Assembly (NCBI GenBank): GCA_964455095.1
Contig: CAYVUV010000191.1
Coordinates: 3,939-67,938, forward strand
Reading direction: 5' to 3'
Length of the DNA: 64,000 nt
From: an uncultured Candidatus Binatia bacterium
GTDB taxonomy: Bacteria > Desulfobacterota > Binatia > HRBIN30 > CADEER01
Made by a program: the position numbers and the translations under genes. Below the pieces are notes generated by a model that made no database searches, was not told the DNA's origin, and worked only from the letters and a program-made list of their open reading frames with translations. Numbering within the stretch: position 1 is the first letter of the stretch; the number at the start of each line of letters is the position of its first letter. Below, one piece after another: positions 13,074 to 23,273 of the stretch.

Positions 13074-13418
13074 ATGAGCGATGCCGCTCCGGTGCGCGCG
13101 CGTCCGCGCTATCCCGTCGAAGTGCGCCGCTTGGCCGAGGAAGGCCTGCTGCGCATCACCTGGGACGACGACCACGTCAGCGACTATCCCCTCGCCTATC
13201 TGCGCGGCTGGTGTCCGTGCGCGACCTGCCAGGGGCACGGCAACGAGCGCCGCTATGTGCACGCCGCCAACGTCGCGGTCGCGGCGATCGGCGTGGTGGG
13301 CAAGTACGCGCTCAACGTGACGTGGGGCGACGGCCACGACACCGGGATCTATTCGTACCGCTATCTGCGCGAGCTCTGCCCGTGCCCGACCTGCGCCGGG
13401 CAAGCCGCGGCGCAGTGA
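13074..13418 (+). CDS. DUF971-family protein (gamma-butyrobetaine hydroxylase-like N-terminal domain)
   Basis: Shows LRITWDDDHVSDYPLAYLRGWCPCATCQGHG...VTWGDGHDTGIYSYRYLRELCPCPTC, the characteristic DUF971 duplicated CPC motif. Confidence 0.8.
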   Translation: MSDAAPVRARPRYPVEVRRLAEEGLLRITWDDDHVSDYPLAYLRGWCPCATCQGHGNERRYVHAANVAVAAIGVVGKYALNVTWGDGHDTGIYSYRYLRELCPCPTCAGQAAAQ

Positions 13419-13433
13419 GCCCGCGCCGCGGAA

Positions 13434-13949
13434 TCACCCCTTCGCCTTCTCCCAGTTGATCAGCTTGCGCTCCTCGGCGTTCATCTTGTCGCGCAGGCGC
13501 GAGCCCTTGCCGAGGTGGCGCACGCTGAGCGGGCCGTCCTCGGTGAAGTACTCTTCGTAGGATTTGGCCGGCTCGTAGACCTCCGGCTTTTTGTCGCCGA
13601 TCTCGACGCCCAGCAACTGCTCGACGAAGTCGATGTTGTACATGCGCACCGCGTCGTAGTCGGTGAGCAAGGCGCACACCTCGACGCAGATGTAGCAGCC
13701 GATGCACTCCTGATAGCGGTCCTGTACCGGCTGCAGGCCGCGTCCGGGCAACGAGTTGTCCTGCAGGTACTCGATGCAGCCCACCGGGCAGAACTCCGGG
13801 CACTTGCCGCAGGGGAAGCACAGGTTGGTGTCCATGAACGCCACCTCGCGCGGCCGCTTCTTCTTCTCGGCGATTTCCTCCGGGAGCGGCGCTTCGGGAA
13901 TGCGGTCTTCCTTCAGGCGGCGAATGATCAGTTCAACTGCGGCGGCCAT
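13434..13949 (-). CDS. 4Fe-4S dicluster ferredoxin-domain protein with a long C-terminal extension
   Basis: Two CxxCxxCxxxC(P) motifs are present (CFPCGKCPEFCP and CIGCYICVEVC). I chose the ATG at 13949 for its spacing from the GGAGG site; the ORF-track start is 13955. Confidence 0.8.
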   Translation of the reverse strand: MAAAVELIIRRLKEDRIPEAPLPEEIAEKKKRPREVAFMDTNLCFPCGKCPEFCPVGCIEYLQDNSLPGRGLQPVQDRYQECIGCYICVEVCALLTDYDAVRMYNIDFVEQLLGVEIGDKKPEVYEPAKSYEEYFTEDGPLSVRHLGKGSRLRDKMNAEERKLINWEKAKG

Positions 13950-14024
13950 CAACATCCTCCTGGAAACTGCGCGTGCCGACGGCGCATACCGCGGCGATCG
14001 GGCCAGTGCAAGGCGCGTGCGGGC

Positions 14025-14642
14025 CTAGAATCCCCGCACATACGGCAGGCGCGCGGCCGTGGCGCGGACTTCCTCGCGCGCCGCGAGCAGCACGCGGGTG
14101 GCGTCCCAGCTGCCCTCCAGGAGCTGTCGCCGCGCCGTGGCGGGCATCTGCACCGGATAGCTCTTATCCTGGTAGGTGGCGGTGAGCGCGTCGACGTCGA
14201 CGACCAGCTCGTGCGTGGGGTCCTGCTCGACCGCCGCCATCAAGGCCGCCACCGTTGTCTCGTCGGCGGTCACACAGGGGATCCCGAGCGCGACGCAGTT
14301 GCCGAAGAAGATATCGGCGAACGACTCCCCGACCAGGGCCTTGATCCCCCAGCGCAGCAGCGCCTGCGGCGCGTGCTCGCGCGAGGACCCGCAGCCGAAG
14401 TTCTTGTTGACGATGGCGACGCGCGGCCCTTTGGCCTGGTAGCGCGGGTCGTCGAAGACGTGGCCGGTCTCCCGCCCCTCGGCATCGCGGCGCACGTCGT
14501 AGAAGGCGTACTGGCCGAGGCCGTCGAAGGTGATGGCCTTCATGAAGCGGGCTGGGATGATGCGGTCGGTGTCGATCTCGTTGCCGCGCAGCGGAATCGG
14601 CCGGCCGGCGACGCGGCGGATGGTGATCAGCGTTTCGCTCAT
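14025..14642 (-). CDS. leuD: 3-isopropylmalate dehydratase small subunit
   Basis: 205-aa ORF with the motif [12 protein letters not shown]. It overlaps the leuC stop by 4 nt. Confidence 0.93.
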   Translation of the reverse strand: MSETLITIRRVAGRPIPLRGNEIDTDRIIPARFMKAITFDGLGQYAFYDVRRDAEGRETGHVFDDPRYQAKGPRVAIVNKNFGCGSSREHAPQALLRWGIKALVGESFADIFFGNCVALGIPCVTADETTVAALMAAVEQDPTHELVVDVDALTATYQDKSYPVQMPATARRQLLEGSWDATRVLLAAREEVRATAARLPYVRGF

Positions 14643-16054
14643 GCGACGCTTCCTTTCAACATGGTGCGGACATCGCTGACGGCGCCTTCGATGGCGGCGG
14701 CGGCCACCATGGCGGGGCTCATCAGCAGCGTGCGACCGGCCGGGCTACCCTGGCGGCCCTTGAAGTTGCGATTGCTCGACGAGGCGCAGATCTCGCGCCC
14801 GACCAGCTTGTCGGGATTCATCGCCAGGCACATCGAGCAGCCCGGCAGCCGCCACTCGAATCCGGCGGCGCGGAAGATGTCGGGCAGTCCCTCGGCTTCG
14901 GCGGCACGGGCCACCGCCTGCGAGCCCGGCACCACCAGTGCCTTGACGTGCGGCTTGACCTTGCCGAGCTTGGCGATGCGGGCCGCCTCGCGCAGGTCGG
15001 ACAACCGCCCGTTGGTGCACGAGCCGATGAAGGCGACGTCGATGCGCGTCCCGGCGATCGGCGACCCCGGTGTCCAGCCCATGTAGGCGTAGGCGTCCTC
15101 GGCCGTCTCGCGCTCGCCGGCAGAGAGGCCGTCGGGGCGCGGGATCTGCTCGTCGACCCCGATCGCCTGGCCCGGGTTGATGCCCCAGGTGACTACCGGC
15201 GACAGGCTGGCGCCGTCCAGGTGCGTGACCTCGTCGTATGCCGCCCCGGCCTCGGAGGCCATGCCGCGCCACCACGCGACCGCGCGCTCGAAAGCGTCGC
15301 CCTGCGGGGCGAGCTCGCGCCCGCGCAGGTAGGCGAAGGTGGTGTCGTCGGGGTTCACGTAACCGCAGCGCGCGCCGCCCTCGATGCTCATGTTGCAGAC
15401 GGTCATGCGCTCTTCCATCGACATGCGGCGCAACACCTCGCCGCCGTACTCGTACGCGTAACCCACCCCGCCGTTGACTCCCAGCGTGCGAATGATGTGC
15501 AGAATGACGTCTTTGGCGTAGACGCCCGGCCGCAGCGCACCGTCGACGTCGATGCGCCGCAGCTTGGGCTTCTGCAGCGCCAGGCACTGCGTCGCGAGCA
15601 CGTCGCGCACCTGGCTGGTGCCGATGCCAAACGCCACCGCGCCGAACGCTCCATGCGTGCTGGTGTGGCTGTCGCCGCAGGCGATCGTCATGCCCGGCTG
15701 CGTCAGACCCAGCTCGGGACCGATCACGTGGACGATGCCCTGATGCCCGCTGGCGCGGTCGTAGAGCCGCAGGCCGAACTCTTTGCAGTTGCGCTCGATG
15801 GCCGACATCATCCCTTCGGCCTGTTCGTCGTCGAACGGTCGGGCGGCGGTATCGGTAGGGATGATGTGGTCGACGGTTGCCACGGTGCGCTCGGGATAGA
15901 GCACCGGGAGCCGTTGCTCGCGCAGCATCTGGAAGGCTTGCGGGCTGGTGACCTCGTGGACGAGGTGGAGGCCGATGAACAGCTGTGTCTGGCCACTCGG
16001 CAGCTGGCGCACGGTGTGGGTGTCCCACACCTTGTCGAGCAATGTCTTACCCAT
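14639..16054 (-). CDS. leuC: 3-isopropylmalate dehydratase large subunit
   Basis: Translation from the ATG at 16054 (GGAGGA upstream) reads [15 protein letters not shown]...[13 protein letters not shown], with aconitase-family Cys ligand regions ([19 protein letters not shown]). Confidence 0.95.
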   Translation of the reverse strand: MGKTLLDKVWDTHTVRQLPSGQTQLFIGLHLVHEVTSPQAFQMLREQRLPVLYPERTVATVDHIIPTDTAARPFDDEQAEGMMSAIERNCKEFGLRLYDRASGHQGIVHVIGPELGLTQPGMTIACGDSHTSTHGAFGAVAFGIGTSQVRDVLATQCLALQKPKLRRIDVDGALRPGVYAKDVILHIIRTLGVNGGVGYAYEYGGEVLRRMSMEERMTVCNMSIEGGARCGYVNPDDTTFAYLRGRELAPQGDAFERAVAWWRGMASEAGAAYDEVTHLDGASLSPVVTWGINPGQAIGVDEQIPRPDGLSAGERETAEDAYAYMGWTPGSPIAGTRIDVAFIGSCTNGRLSDLREAARIAKLGKVKPHVKALVVPGSQAVARAAEAEGLPDIFRAAGFEWRLPGCSMCLAMNPDKLVGREICASSSNRNFKGRQGSPAGRTLLMSPAMVAAAAIEGAVSDVRTMLKGSVA

Positions 16055-16141
16055 CTCGATCCTCCATGGCGCGGCCCACGCGGCCACGACCGGTGAATCT
16101 AGCCGGCCCGCCGCGCGATCGCTAGCCAACCGGGGGCGCGC

Positions 16142-18913
16142 TCAGGAGTCGCGCGTGCGGACCAGCTGGTTGGTCATGCGCTCGAGCCGGTCGCTGAGGA
16201 TGCGGGTCAGATTGAGGAAGACCTTCGAGGCGATGCGCGGGTAGCGGCGCTGGATGCGGTTCAAGAAGCGCTCGTCGACGGCCAGGGCTTCCACTTCGCC
16301 GTCGGCGATGACGTCGGCACTGCGCTCGTTGTTGCGCACCAGGGCCATCTCGCCGAATACGTCGCCGCGCCCGAGATCGGCGACGCGCCGGCGTTCGCTG
16401 CCCGTACCCGCCCAGACCCCGACCTTGCCGCGAATGATGACGTACATGTCCTCGCCCAGCTCGCCGCGGCGCATGATCTCCTCGCCCGGGGCGAACTTGC
16501 GCAGCCGGCCCATGAGCACGACGATGCGCGCTTGCGCCGGGCGCAGACCGGCGAGCATGGGAATGGTCCGCCCCGGGTCGACGCCGAGTTGGACCGACAA
16601 CAGGTCCCACAACGTGATGATCTTGGTCGTCGACAGCAGGGCCGGCAACACGCAGAGGTTGGCCAACATGGCGCTGAAAAGCGTCGCCGCCGACAGGATG
16701 CCGAACTCGCGGATGGGCACGAAGCTGGAGAGACCGAAGGTAAGGAAGCCGAACAGCAACGCCAGGGTCGTGTAGATGATGGGCAGGCCGACCGTGCGCA
16801 GCGTGCGTTCGATGGCGGCGGACTGATCGGTCTCGCCGCGCACTTCGCGGCTCAGGCGGGCCATATAGTGGATGGTCGAATCGACGGCGATGCCAAGCGC
16901 GATGGTGGCGATCAGACTGGTGCCCAGATTCAGGTAGTAACCGCCCCACCCGAGGATGCCGAAGAACAAGGCTACGGGCAGGACGTTGGGAACGATGGCG
17001 AGGAAACCGACGCGCGCCGACAGGAACATGAGCGACATGACGGCGAAGATCATGGCCAGGGACAGCGTCAGGCTCTTCACTTGCCCGGCGACGATGTCGG
17101 AGCTGGTGCCGGTCAGCAGCACCAGGTTGCCGGTCGGTTGGACGCGCAGCTCGGCCGGGAAACGCTGCGCGATGTAACTGCGAATCAGCGCCAGGGTTTC
17201 CTCGATCGCGCGCGAGCCCGAGAGGTTGGTGCGCACCAGGACGTTGCCGCGGGCGAAGTCCTGCGTGACGACACCGCGGAACGTCTCCGGCTTGGCGTCG
17301 ACCATCTTCAGCACCGGATCGAGGTTTCCGGGGGCCTCCCAGAACGGCTTGGGCTTCTCGGCCTCGATGATGTGGCCCTGCTCGTCGAGCAGGATGTCGC
17401 CGTGGTCGGCACTCTGCAGCCCCTGCTCGAGAAGCTCGAGGTAGTCGACGATCGAGATCGACGAGGTGATCCCCGGCAGGGTGACGAGGAACGCCTGCAA
17501 GTCCTTGATCTGCTTCAGGACCTCCCAGCGTCTCAGCGTCCCCGCCCCGGGGCCTTCGATCACCAGGTAGAAGGGGTTGCTGCCGACGATTTCCTGGTTG
17601 ATGACCTCGTTGTCGTGGCGCACCTCGGTGCTGGGGTCGAAATACGACAGGAAATCGGAGTCGACACGGATGTACTGAGCCCCGACCGCCCCGCCGATGG
17701 CGAGCGCGGCCGCGACCGCCAGCACGGCCCGGCGCGCGAGATCCGAGCGCGCGCTCAGCGCGGTGAGCGCGCGCGACAGGCGCAACGAGCCGCCCCCCCT
17801 GCTGCGTTGGCCCGACGAAGCGCCGAGCATCTGTAGTGCGGCGGGCAGAAAGAACAACGTTGTGAAGGTGAGGAAGACGAGTCCGACGACGGCGAAGACC
17901 CCCAGGTCGCGGATCGCGGTGATGGTGTTCAGCATCAGCGCGCCGAAGCCGATGACGGTCGTCAGCGCCGAGATGAGCAGCGGCACCGCCACCAGCTCCA
18001 CTGCCCGGGCCACGAGCTCCTCGCGCGGCACGTCGCGCCCACCGAGCTCGACATAGCGCGCCATGACGTGAATGCCGTACGAGCTGCCGATGACCAGCAG
18101 CAGCGGCGGCAGGACGAACGTGCCGAGCGTGATCGACTTGCCGGCCAGTACCATGACGCCGAGGGTCCACACGACCCCGAGCAGCACGGCCGTCAAAGGC
18201 AGCACGACGCCGCGCACGCTGCGAAACGACAGGCAGAGGACGATCAAGACCAGCAACAGGGCGAGCGGCGTGAAGCGAAACAGGTCCGCGCGCATGAACT
18301 CCGAAGCGGCTTGCTTCACGTGCGCGGCGCCGGTGTAGAAGAACTGCTCCGGCCCGCGCTCGGTGTCGAGCAAGGCGCGGATCTTCGCATCGATGCCGAG
18401 ATCGACGTACTGCGCGTCGGTCAGGTCCTTGAAGAAGACGTTGATGGCGGCGCCGCGCAGGTCGCGCGACACGAGGTTCTGGCCATAGAGCGGCGTATTC
18501 GCCAGCTTGGCCTTCAGCGCCGTCAGGTCGGCCGCGGTTGGCGGCAGGCGCGGCAACAGGCGCGGTGGGGTGAATACGTCGGCGGCCGGGTCGACGGCGT
18601 TGGTGAGGCTGAGCACACGCTCGACGCCATCGAGCTTGCCCAGGGCGTCGGTGACGCGCGCAATCTTCTCCAGCGTCGCCGCGGCGAAGAGGTCGTCGGC
18701 ACGCATGCCGACCACCGCGACATCGTCGCTGCCGAAGGTCTTGCGCACGTCGGCATAGTACTGGACCGCGGGATCGCCGACCGGCAGGACGCTCTCGAGC
18801 GAGCTCTCGATGCGCACCCGCACCGCGTACATCCCTAGCACGAGCGTGATGGCGACATGCGCCAGGACGATGAGTCGGGCATGGCGCACGAGCCAGCGGG
18901 CGAAGGACTGCAT
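16142..18913 (-). CDS. RND-superfamily (MMPL/SSD-type, HpnN-like) exporter fused to a C-terminal cyclic-nucleotide-binding domain
   Basis: Two 6-TM bundles with large loops, typical of COG1033-type exporters. The last ~150 aa form a CAP-type cNMP domain (GEDMYVIIRGKV...GDVFGEMALVRNNERSADVIA). The start is at the ATG at 18913 (MQSFARWLV). Confidence 0.85.
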   Translation of the reverse strand: MQSFARWLVRHARLIVLAHVAITLVLGMYAVRVRIESSLESVLPVGDPAVQYYADVRKTFGSDDVAVVGMRADDLFAAATLEKIARVTDALGKLDGVERVLSLTNAVDPAADVFTPPRLLPRLPPTAADLTALKAKLANTPLYGQNLVSRDLRGAAINVFFKDLTDAQYVDLGIDAKIRALLDTERGPEQFFYTGAAHVKQAASEFMRADLFRFTPLALLLVLIVLCLSFRSVRGVVLPLTAVLLGVVWTLGVMVLAGKSITLGTFVLPPLLLVIGSSYGIHVMARYVELGGRDVPREELVARAVELVAVPLLISALTTVIGFGALMLNTITAIRDLGVFAVVGLVFLTFTTLFFLPAALQMLGASSGQRSRGGGSLRLSRALTALSARSDLARRAVLAVAAALAIGGAVGAQYIRVDSDFLSYFDPSTEVRHDNEVINQEIVGSNPFYLVIEGPGAGTLRRWEVLKQIKDLQAFLVTLPGITSSISIVDYLELLEQGLQSADHGDILLDEQGHIIEAEKPKPFWEAPGNLDPVLKMVDAKPETFRGVVTQDFARGNVLVRTNLSGSRAIEETLALIRSYIAQRFPAELRVQPTGNLVLLTGTSSDIVAGQVKSLTLSLAMIFAVMSLMFLSARVGFLAIVPNVLPVALFFGILGWGGYYLNLGTSLIATIALGIAVDSTIHYMARLSREVRGETDQSAAIERTLRTVGLPIIYTTLALLFGFLTFGLSSFVPIREFGILSAATLFSAMLANLCVLPALLSTTKIITLWDLLSVQLGVDPGRTIPMLAGLRPAQARIVVLMGRLRKFAPGEEIMRRGELGEDMYVIIRGKVGVWAGTGSERRRVADLGRGDVFGEMALVRNNERSADVIADGEVEALAVDERFLNRIQRRYPRIASKVFLNLTRILSDRLERMTNQLVRTRDS

Positions 18914-18976
18914 CCAACCCGACCCTATACCGCACCGCCCGACGCGGCCCAAGGGCGCGCCGGGCGACCCGGCTGC

Positions 18977-20698
18977 TCAGAGGCCGAGGATGCGGTCGTA
19001 GAGCGTGAGGCGCGAGACGTCGCCGCTGTCGATGCGGCGCGCGTTCATCTCCACCATCAGCATGCGGCGGTGGATGAAGGTCGTCGCGACATCGAGCTTG
19101 TCGGCGGCGTGCGGCGCCTGCAACAGCAGTTCGGCACCGGCGACCACGTCGATGACCATCTCGCAGACGCGCTTGGCGTTGAGCAGGGCGTACTGCGGGT
19201 CGCCCATCAACGCCGGCACCGACTCGGTGATCCACTTGATGCCGCCACACAACGCCTCGACCAACTCGGGGTAACGCTCGCGCACCGTCTCTATCTGGCT
19301 GCGGGTGCTGTCGAGCGCCGTGAACAGCGCGCCTTTGGCCATCTCCTTCAGGGCGAAGCTGGCCTGGATCTCCGAAGTACCTTCATAGATCGTGGTGATG
19401 ATCGAGTCGCAATGGAACTGCCCGGCGCGCGCCTCGGCCATGTAGCCGATGCCGCCGTGTACCTGCACGCCGTGCCGCGAGACCTCGTTGCTGATCTCGG
19501 TCGCGTAGAACTTGCACAGCGGGGTGAAGAAGCGGACCAGCTGTTGGTTGCCCTCGTACTCGGTCTGCAGCGCCGCGCGCGCCGGGTCCTGCTGCCCGCG
19601 CGGGCTCGCGAGGTAGTGGTGCAGCGCGTCGGTCAGGTCGATCAGCGCACAGGTGCGGTAGAGCAGCGCGCGCGCCGCCTGAATGTGGAGGACCATCACC
19701 GTGAGCATCGATTTGACCAGCGGCTGTTCGATGATCGGGGCGCCGAACTGCACGCGTTGTGCGGCGTAGGCGCGCGCTTCCTGATAGGCCCCTTCGGCGA
19801 CGCCGATGGCCTGCGCGGCAACACCGAGCCGGGCCTGGTTCATGAGGTCGAGCATGGCGCGGAAGCCGCCGCCGGCCTTGCCGAGCAGGTAGCCTTCGGC
19901 GTGATCGAGCTCGACCACGCACGTGGGGGAGCCGTGGATGCCCAATTTGGACTCGACCCGGGGGACCCGAATCGCGTTTTGACGCCCGTCCGGCAGTGTC
20001 ACGGGGCACAGGATCAGGCTGAGACCGTTGGTGGTGCCGCGCGACTGGTCAAACGTGGCGGCGTCGCGGGCGAGCACCAGATGGATCGGGGCGCCGCCGT
20101 TGGTGATGTAGATCTTCTCTCCATCGACGAAGTACCGCCCGTCTTCGAGCGTCACGCGGGCGAGGATGCCGCCGAGGTCGGAGCCGGCCTGCGGCTCGGT
20201 GAGGTCCATGCAGCCCTGCAACTCGCCGCTGGCGAAGCCCGGCAGGTAGCGCTGCTTGATCTCGTCGGAGCCGTAGGTTTCGATGTCGTGCGCCACACCG
20301 GCCTGCAGTCCGACGATGGTCATCAGGCTGGAGTCGGCGCGCGCCACCATTTCCAGGTAGGCGCAGTTGAGCAGAAAGGGCAGGCCGTAGCCGCCGTAGG
20401 TGGGGCTCAACGGCAACGAGACGAGGCCGGCGCCGCGCAGCTTCTCGTACCCCGCCGCGATGTGTGGCGGCACCACCACCCGGCCATCTTCGACCCGCAC
20501 GTGTTCGTGCCAGTGATCGCGCGCCCCCGCCTCGATGTCGGCGCAGATCTCGCCGGCGGTGCGCAGAATCATCTTGTAGGTTTCGATCTCCTCGGGCACG
20601 TTCGCCGGCGTGTCGCGGTGCAGGCCGAGAAACCGCTCCCAATCGAAGCGGTGATCGATGAAAAGTTCCATGTCCGAGTTGAAAAAGGGCAGCGCCAT
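18977..20698 (-). CDS. Long-form acyl-CoA dehydrogenase (about 573 aa, with a C-terminal helical extension)
   Basis: Translation from the ATG at 20698 reads MALPFFNSDMELFIDH..., with CMDLTEPQAGSDLG and GGIGYMAE...DSIITTIYEGTSEIQ. The ORF-track extension to 21343 is low-complexity. Confidence 0.9.
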   Translation of the reverse strand: MALPFFNSDMELFIDHRFDWERFLGLHRDTPANVPEEIETYKMILRTAGEICADIEAGARDHWHEHVRVEDGRVVVPPHIAAGYEKLRGAGLVSLPLSPTYGGYGLPFLLNCAYLEMVARADSSLMTIVGLQAGVAHDIETYGSDEIKQRYLPGFASGELQGCMDLTEPQAGSDLGGILARVTLEDGRYFVDGEKIYITNGGAPIHLVLARDAATFDQSRGTTNGLSLILCPVTLPDGRQNAIRVPRVESKLGIHGSPTCVVELDHAEGYLLGKAGGGFRAMLDLMNQARLGVAAQAIGVAEGAYQEARAYAAQRVQFGAPIIEQPLVKSMLTVMVLHIQAARALLYRTCALIDLTDALHHYLASPRGQQDPARAALQTEYEGNQQLVRFFTPLCKFYATEISNEVSRHGVQVHGGIGYMAEARAGQFHCDSIITTIYEGTSEIQASFALKEMAKGALFTALDSTRSQIETVRERYPELVEALCGGIKWITESVPALMGDPQYALLNAKRVCEMVIDVVAGAELLLQAPHAADKLDVATTFIHRRMLMVEMNARRIDSGDVSRLTLYDRILGL

Positions 20699-20900
20699 TG
20701 CCAACTCCTCGTAGTGAGATGAACCTACCACGATCGATCTGGTCGCAACATGGAGTATCCGTTCGCGGCGATTTGCGTCGCGCCCGGCCCTGGCGTAGTA
20801 GCGTAGAGGTCCGGCGAGAGGCCATGCGTACTGTGTTGAACCCGTCCGACCCGACGCGCGACGAAACGGCTGTCTTTGCAGTTCGCCGAGGGGATACCAG

Positions 20901-21623
20901 ATGCGCTTTCTGACCGCAGCCATTATTGCCGGGGCCCTCGCGTTGGTCATCGCCATCGCCGTCTTCATGCGCATGGAGCCGCAAAGCGAGCCCGTGGTGT
21001 CGGCGGAGAAGTCGGCGCCGGCAGGCAAGAAGCCGCTCGGACGCAGCGCCCGCGTCGAGGACCGGCTCTCGCAGATGCGGGCGGAGTACGACCGCCGCCA
21101 GCCCGACGGGGCGATGCCGAACGCCCAGGGCCCGGAGGCGCGGGTCAAGGAACTGCCGCCGCGGCAGCCGGGGCAATTGCCGCCCGCGGCGACGCCGTCG
21201 GACGTCGAGCCCGGCGACGAAATGGACGACGAAGACCGGGCAGAGTTCGAAGAGCAACGCAATACCTTGCTGACCGATCCCGACCCGGACGAGCGCATCG
21301 GGGCCATTCTGCTGCTGACCGGGGCGGACGACGAGCAAGTCAAGGCGACGCTGATGGAGGCGATGGGCGATCCGGACGCCGAGGTGCGCCTGGCCGTGGT
21401 CGAGGCGCTCGGCGACTACTCGGACGATTTGTCCCCGGACGTGCTGAACCCGGCGATCAACGACCCGGACGCCGAGGTGCGCTTCGAAGCGGTGAGCATC
21501 CTCGGCGACATGGAGACGCCACAGGCCCTGGCGATGGTGCGCGGTGCCCTCAACGACCCGGACGAGGAAGTGCGGTCGTTGGCCTCCGGTATCCTCGAGA
21601 TGGCCGACGACGACGAGAAGTAG
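20901..21623 (+). CDS. Membrane-anchored HEAT-repeat protein
   Basis: N-terminal TM helix (FLTAAIIAGALALVIAIAVF), followed by repeated DPDxEVRxxAVxALG HEAT-like units and an acidic tail. Confidence 0.75.
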   Translation: MRFLTAAIIAGALALVIAIAVFMRMEPQSEPVVSAEKSAPAGKKPLGRSARVEDRLSQMRAEYDRRQPDGAMPNAQGPEARVKELPPRQPGQLPPAATPSDVEPGDEMDDEDRAEFEEQRNTLLTDPDPDERIGAILLLTGADDEQVKATLMEAMGDPDAEVRLAVVEALGDYSDDLSPDVLNPAINDPDAEVRFEAVSILGDMETPQALAMVRGALNDPDEEVRSLASGILEMADDDEK

Positions 21624-21646
21624 CGAAGGCGCGACTGGACCGGGCG

Positions 21647-22846
21647 ATGAGCAGTAAGATCGAGGCCCTCAAGGGGCGCGTCTGCGACCGCGTCGAAGCG
21701 GAGCGCGGTGCGTTGGTCGAGCTGTGCGATCGCATTCATACGCATCCCGAGCTGCGTTTCGAGGAGCATCGAGCAGCGGGATGGCTGGCGGACTACCTGT
21801 CCGGCGCCGGATATGAAGTGCAGCGCGCTGCCTACGGCCTCCCGACCGCCGTCGCGGCGCGGCGCGGCACCGAACGCCCGCGGGTGGCCATCCTGTGCGA
21901 GTACGATGCGCTGCCCGGCATCGGCCATGCCTGTGGGCACAACGTCATCGCCGCCGCCGGTGCGGGCGCGGCGGCCGCGCTGGCCGCCGTCGTCGAAGAG
22001 GCGGGCGGCAGCGTAGTCGTGCTGGGAACGCCCGCCGAGGAAGGCGGCGGCGGCAAGATCCTCATGGCGCGCCAGGGGGCCTTCGACGACGTCGACGCGG
22101 CGATGATGGTACATCCGGCGGGCATGGACCTGGTCTCGATGCACGTGCTGGCCGTCAGCGTGATCGAGGTCGAGTACCGCGGCCGCGCCGCCCACGCCGC
22201 GGCCTCGCCGCACCGCGGCGTCAACGCGCTCGATGCGCTGGTCACCGCCTACAGCGCCATCGCACAGCTCCGCCAGCACATTCGGCCGACGGAGCGCGTG
22301 CACGGCATCATCACCGACGGCGGCCAGGCGCCCAACATCGTTCCCGAACGCGCCGCCGGCGTGTTCTACGTCCGCGCCGCGACCGAGCGCCGTCTGGCGG
22401 AGCTCAAGCGCCGCGTCGAAGCGTGCTTCCAGGCCGGCGCCCTCGCGAGCGGGGCCCAGGTCACCTTGCGCACGGTCGGTGAGGACTATGCCGATCTGTG
22501 GACCAATCAGCCGCTGGCCACGGCATACGGGGTCAACCTGGCGCGTCTGGGCCGCACCGCGGCGAGCCTGTCGGACGTCTCCTCCACCATCACGGGGAGC
22601 ACCGACATGGGCAATGTGAGCAAGCTCGTGCCGTCGCTGCACCCGATGATCGCGGTGTCGCCGCCGCACGTGCCGCTGCATTCGCAGGAGTTCGCCGAGC
22701 ACGCGGGGTCGGAGGCCGGCCACCGCGCCGTGATCGACGGTGCCAAGGCACTGGCCATGACGGCCATCGATATCTTGTGTCAGCCGCAGCTGCGCGCGGC
22801 GATGCAGGCGGCCTTCGCGGCCGAGCAGGGACTCGGGTCGTCCTGA
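21647..22846 (+). CDS. M20-family amidohydrolase/peptidase
   Basis: Shows IHTHPELRFEEH...ALPGIGHACGHN...GTPAEEGGGGK, the M20D/amidohydrolase metal-ligand pattern. Confidence 0.88.
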   Translation: MSSKIEALKGRVCDRVEAERGALVELCDRIHTHPELRFEEHRAAGWLADYLSGAGYEVQRAAYGLPTAVAARRGTERPRVAILCEYDALPGIGHACGHNVIAAAGAGAAAALAAVVEEAGGSVVVLGTPAEEGGGGKILMARQGAFDDVDAAMMVHPAGMDLVSMHVLAVSVIEVEYRGRAAHAAASPHRGVNALDALVTAYSAIAQLRQHIRPTERVHGIITDGGQAPNIVPERAAGVFYVRAATERRLAELKRRVEACFQAGALASGAQVTLRTVGEDYADLWTNQPLATAYGVNLARLGRTAASLSDVSSTITGSTDMGNVSKLVPSLHPMIAVSPPHVPLHSQEFAEHAGSEAGHRAVIDGAKALAMTAIDILCQPQLRAAMQAAFAAEQGLGSS

Positions 22847-22853
22847 AGCCGGG

Positions 22854-23207
22854 CTAGAGCGCGTCCTCGTCTTCCTCGTCTTCGTCCCACTCGAGCAACC
22901 GCACCCACACGATGACGCCGCCGTCGACCCCCGACTGATCGGGCCGCCGCTCCCAGCGCCGCACGAAGACGCGACCCTCGTTGTCGAGCCAGCGCGGGAT
23001 GACCTCGCGCAACACGCCGCGCCCGCCCGGGCTGCCGCGGCCCTTGCCGTAGATGATCCGTAGCGACGCCAGGCCCTGGTCTTGCGCGTCGCGCAAGAAC
23101 TGTTCGGTCTCGCGCAGCGCCCGCTTGACGCCCATCCCGTGCAGGTCGAGGGTCGGCAGAATGCCGAACGCGGCGCGCAGCAGGGCGCGGATCTCCGACA
23201 TAGCCAT
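22854..23207 (-). CDS. Smr-domain protein
   Basis: Shows TLDLHGMGVKRALRETEQFL...LRIIYGKGRGSPGG..VLREVIPRWL, a stand-alone Smr nuclease-domain pattern. Confidence 0.8.
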   Translation of the reverse strand: MAMSEIRALLRAAFGILPTLDLHGMGVKRALRETEQFLRDAQDQGLASLRIIYGKGRGSPGGRGVLREVIPRWLDNEGRVFVRRWERRPDQSGVDGGVIVWVRLLEWDEDEEDEDAL

Positions 23208-23273
23208 CCAGACGCACTCTTATCAGGGCGGGGCGGCTTGCTTCCAGCGCGACCGGTTGGTACGAGCCGACCC

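Noticed and set aside
16122-19250. 1042-aa minus-strand ORF overlapping the MMPL exporter in another frame. Similar shadow ORFs occur at 52157-55129 (990 aa), 49153-52155 (the N-terminal extension of the S8 gene), 49198-52413, 18977-21343 and 20876-22846.
   Set aside because: These are Arg/Pro/Gly/Ala low-complexity translations. In each case another frame or strand encodes a protein with clear family motifs. I trimmed the real genes to internal starts with ribosome-binding sites or neighbour-stop logic.
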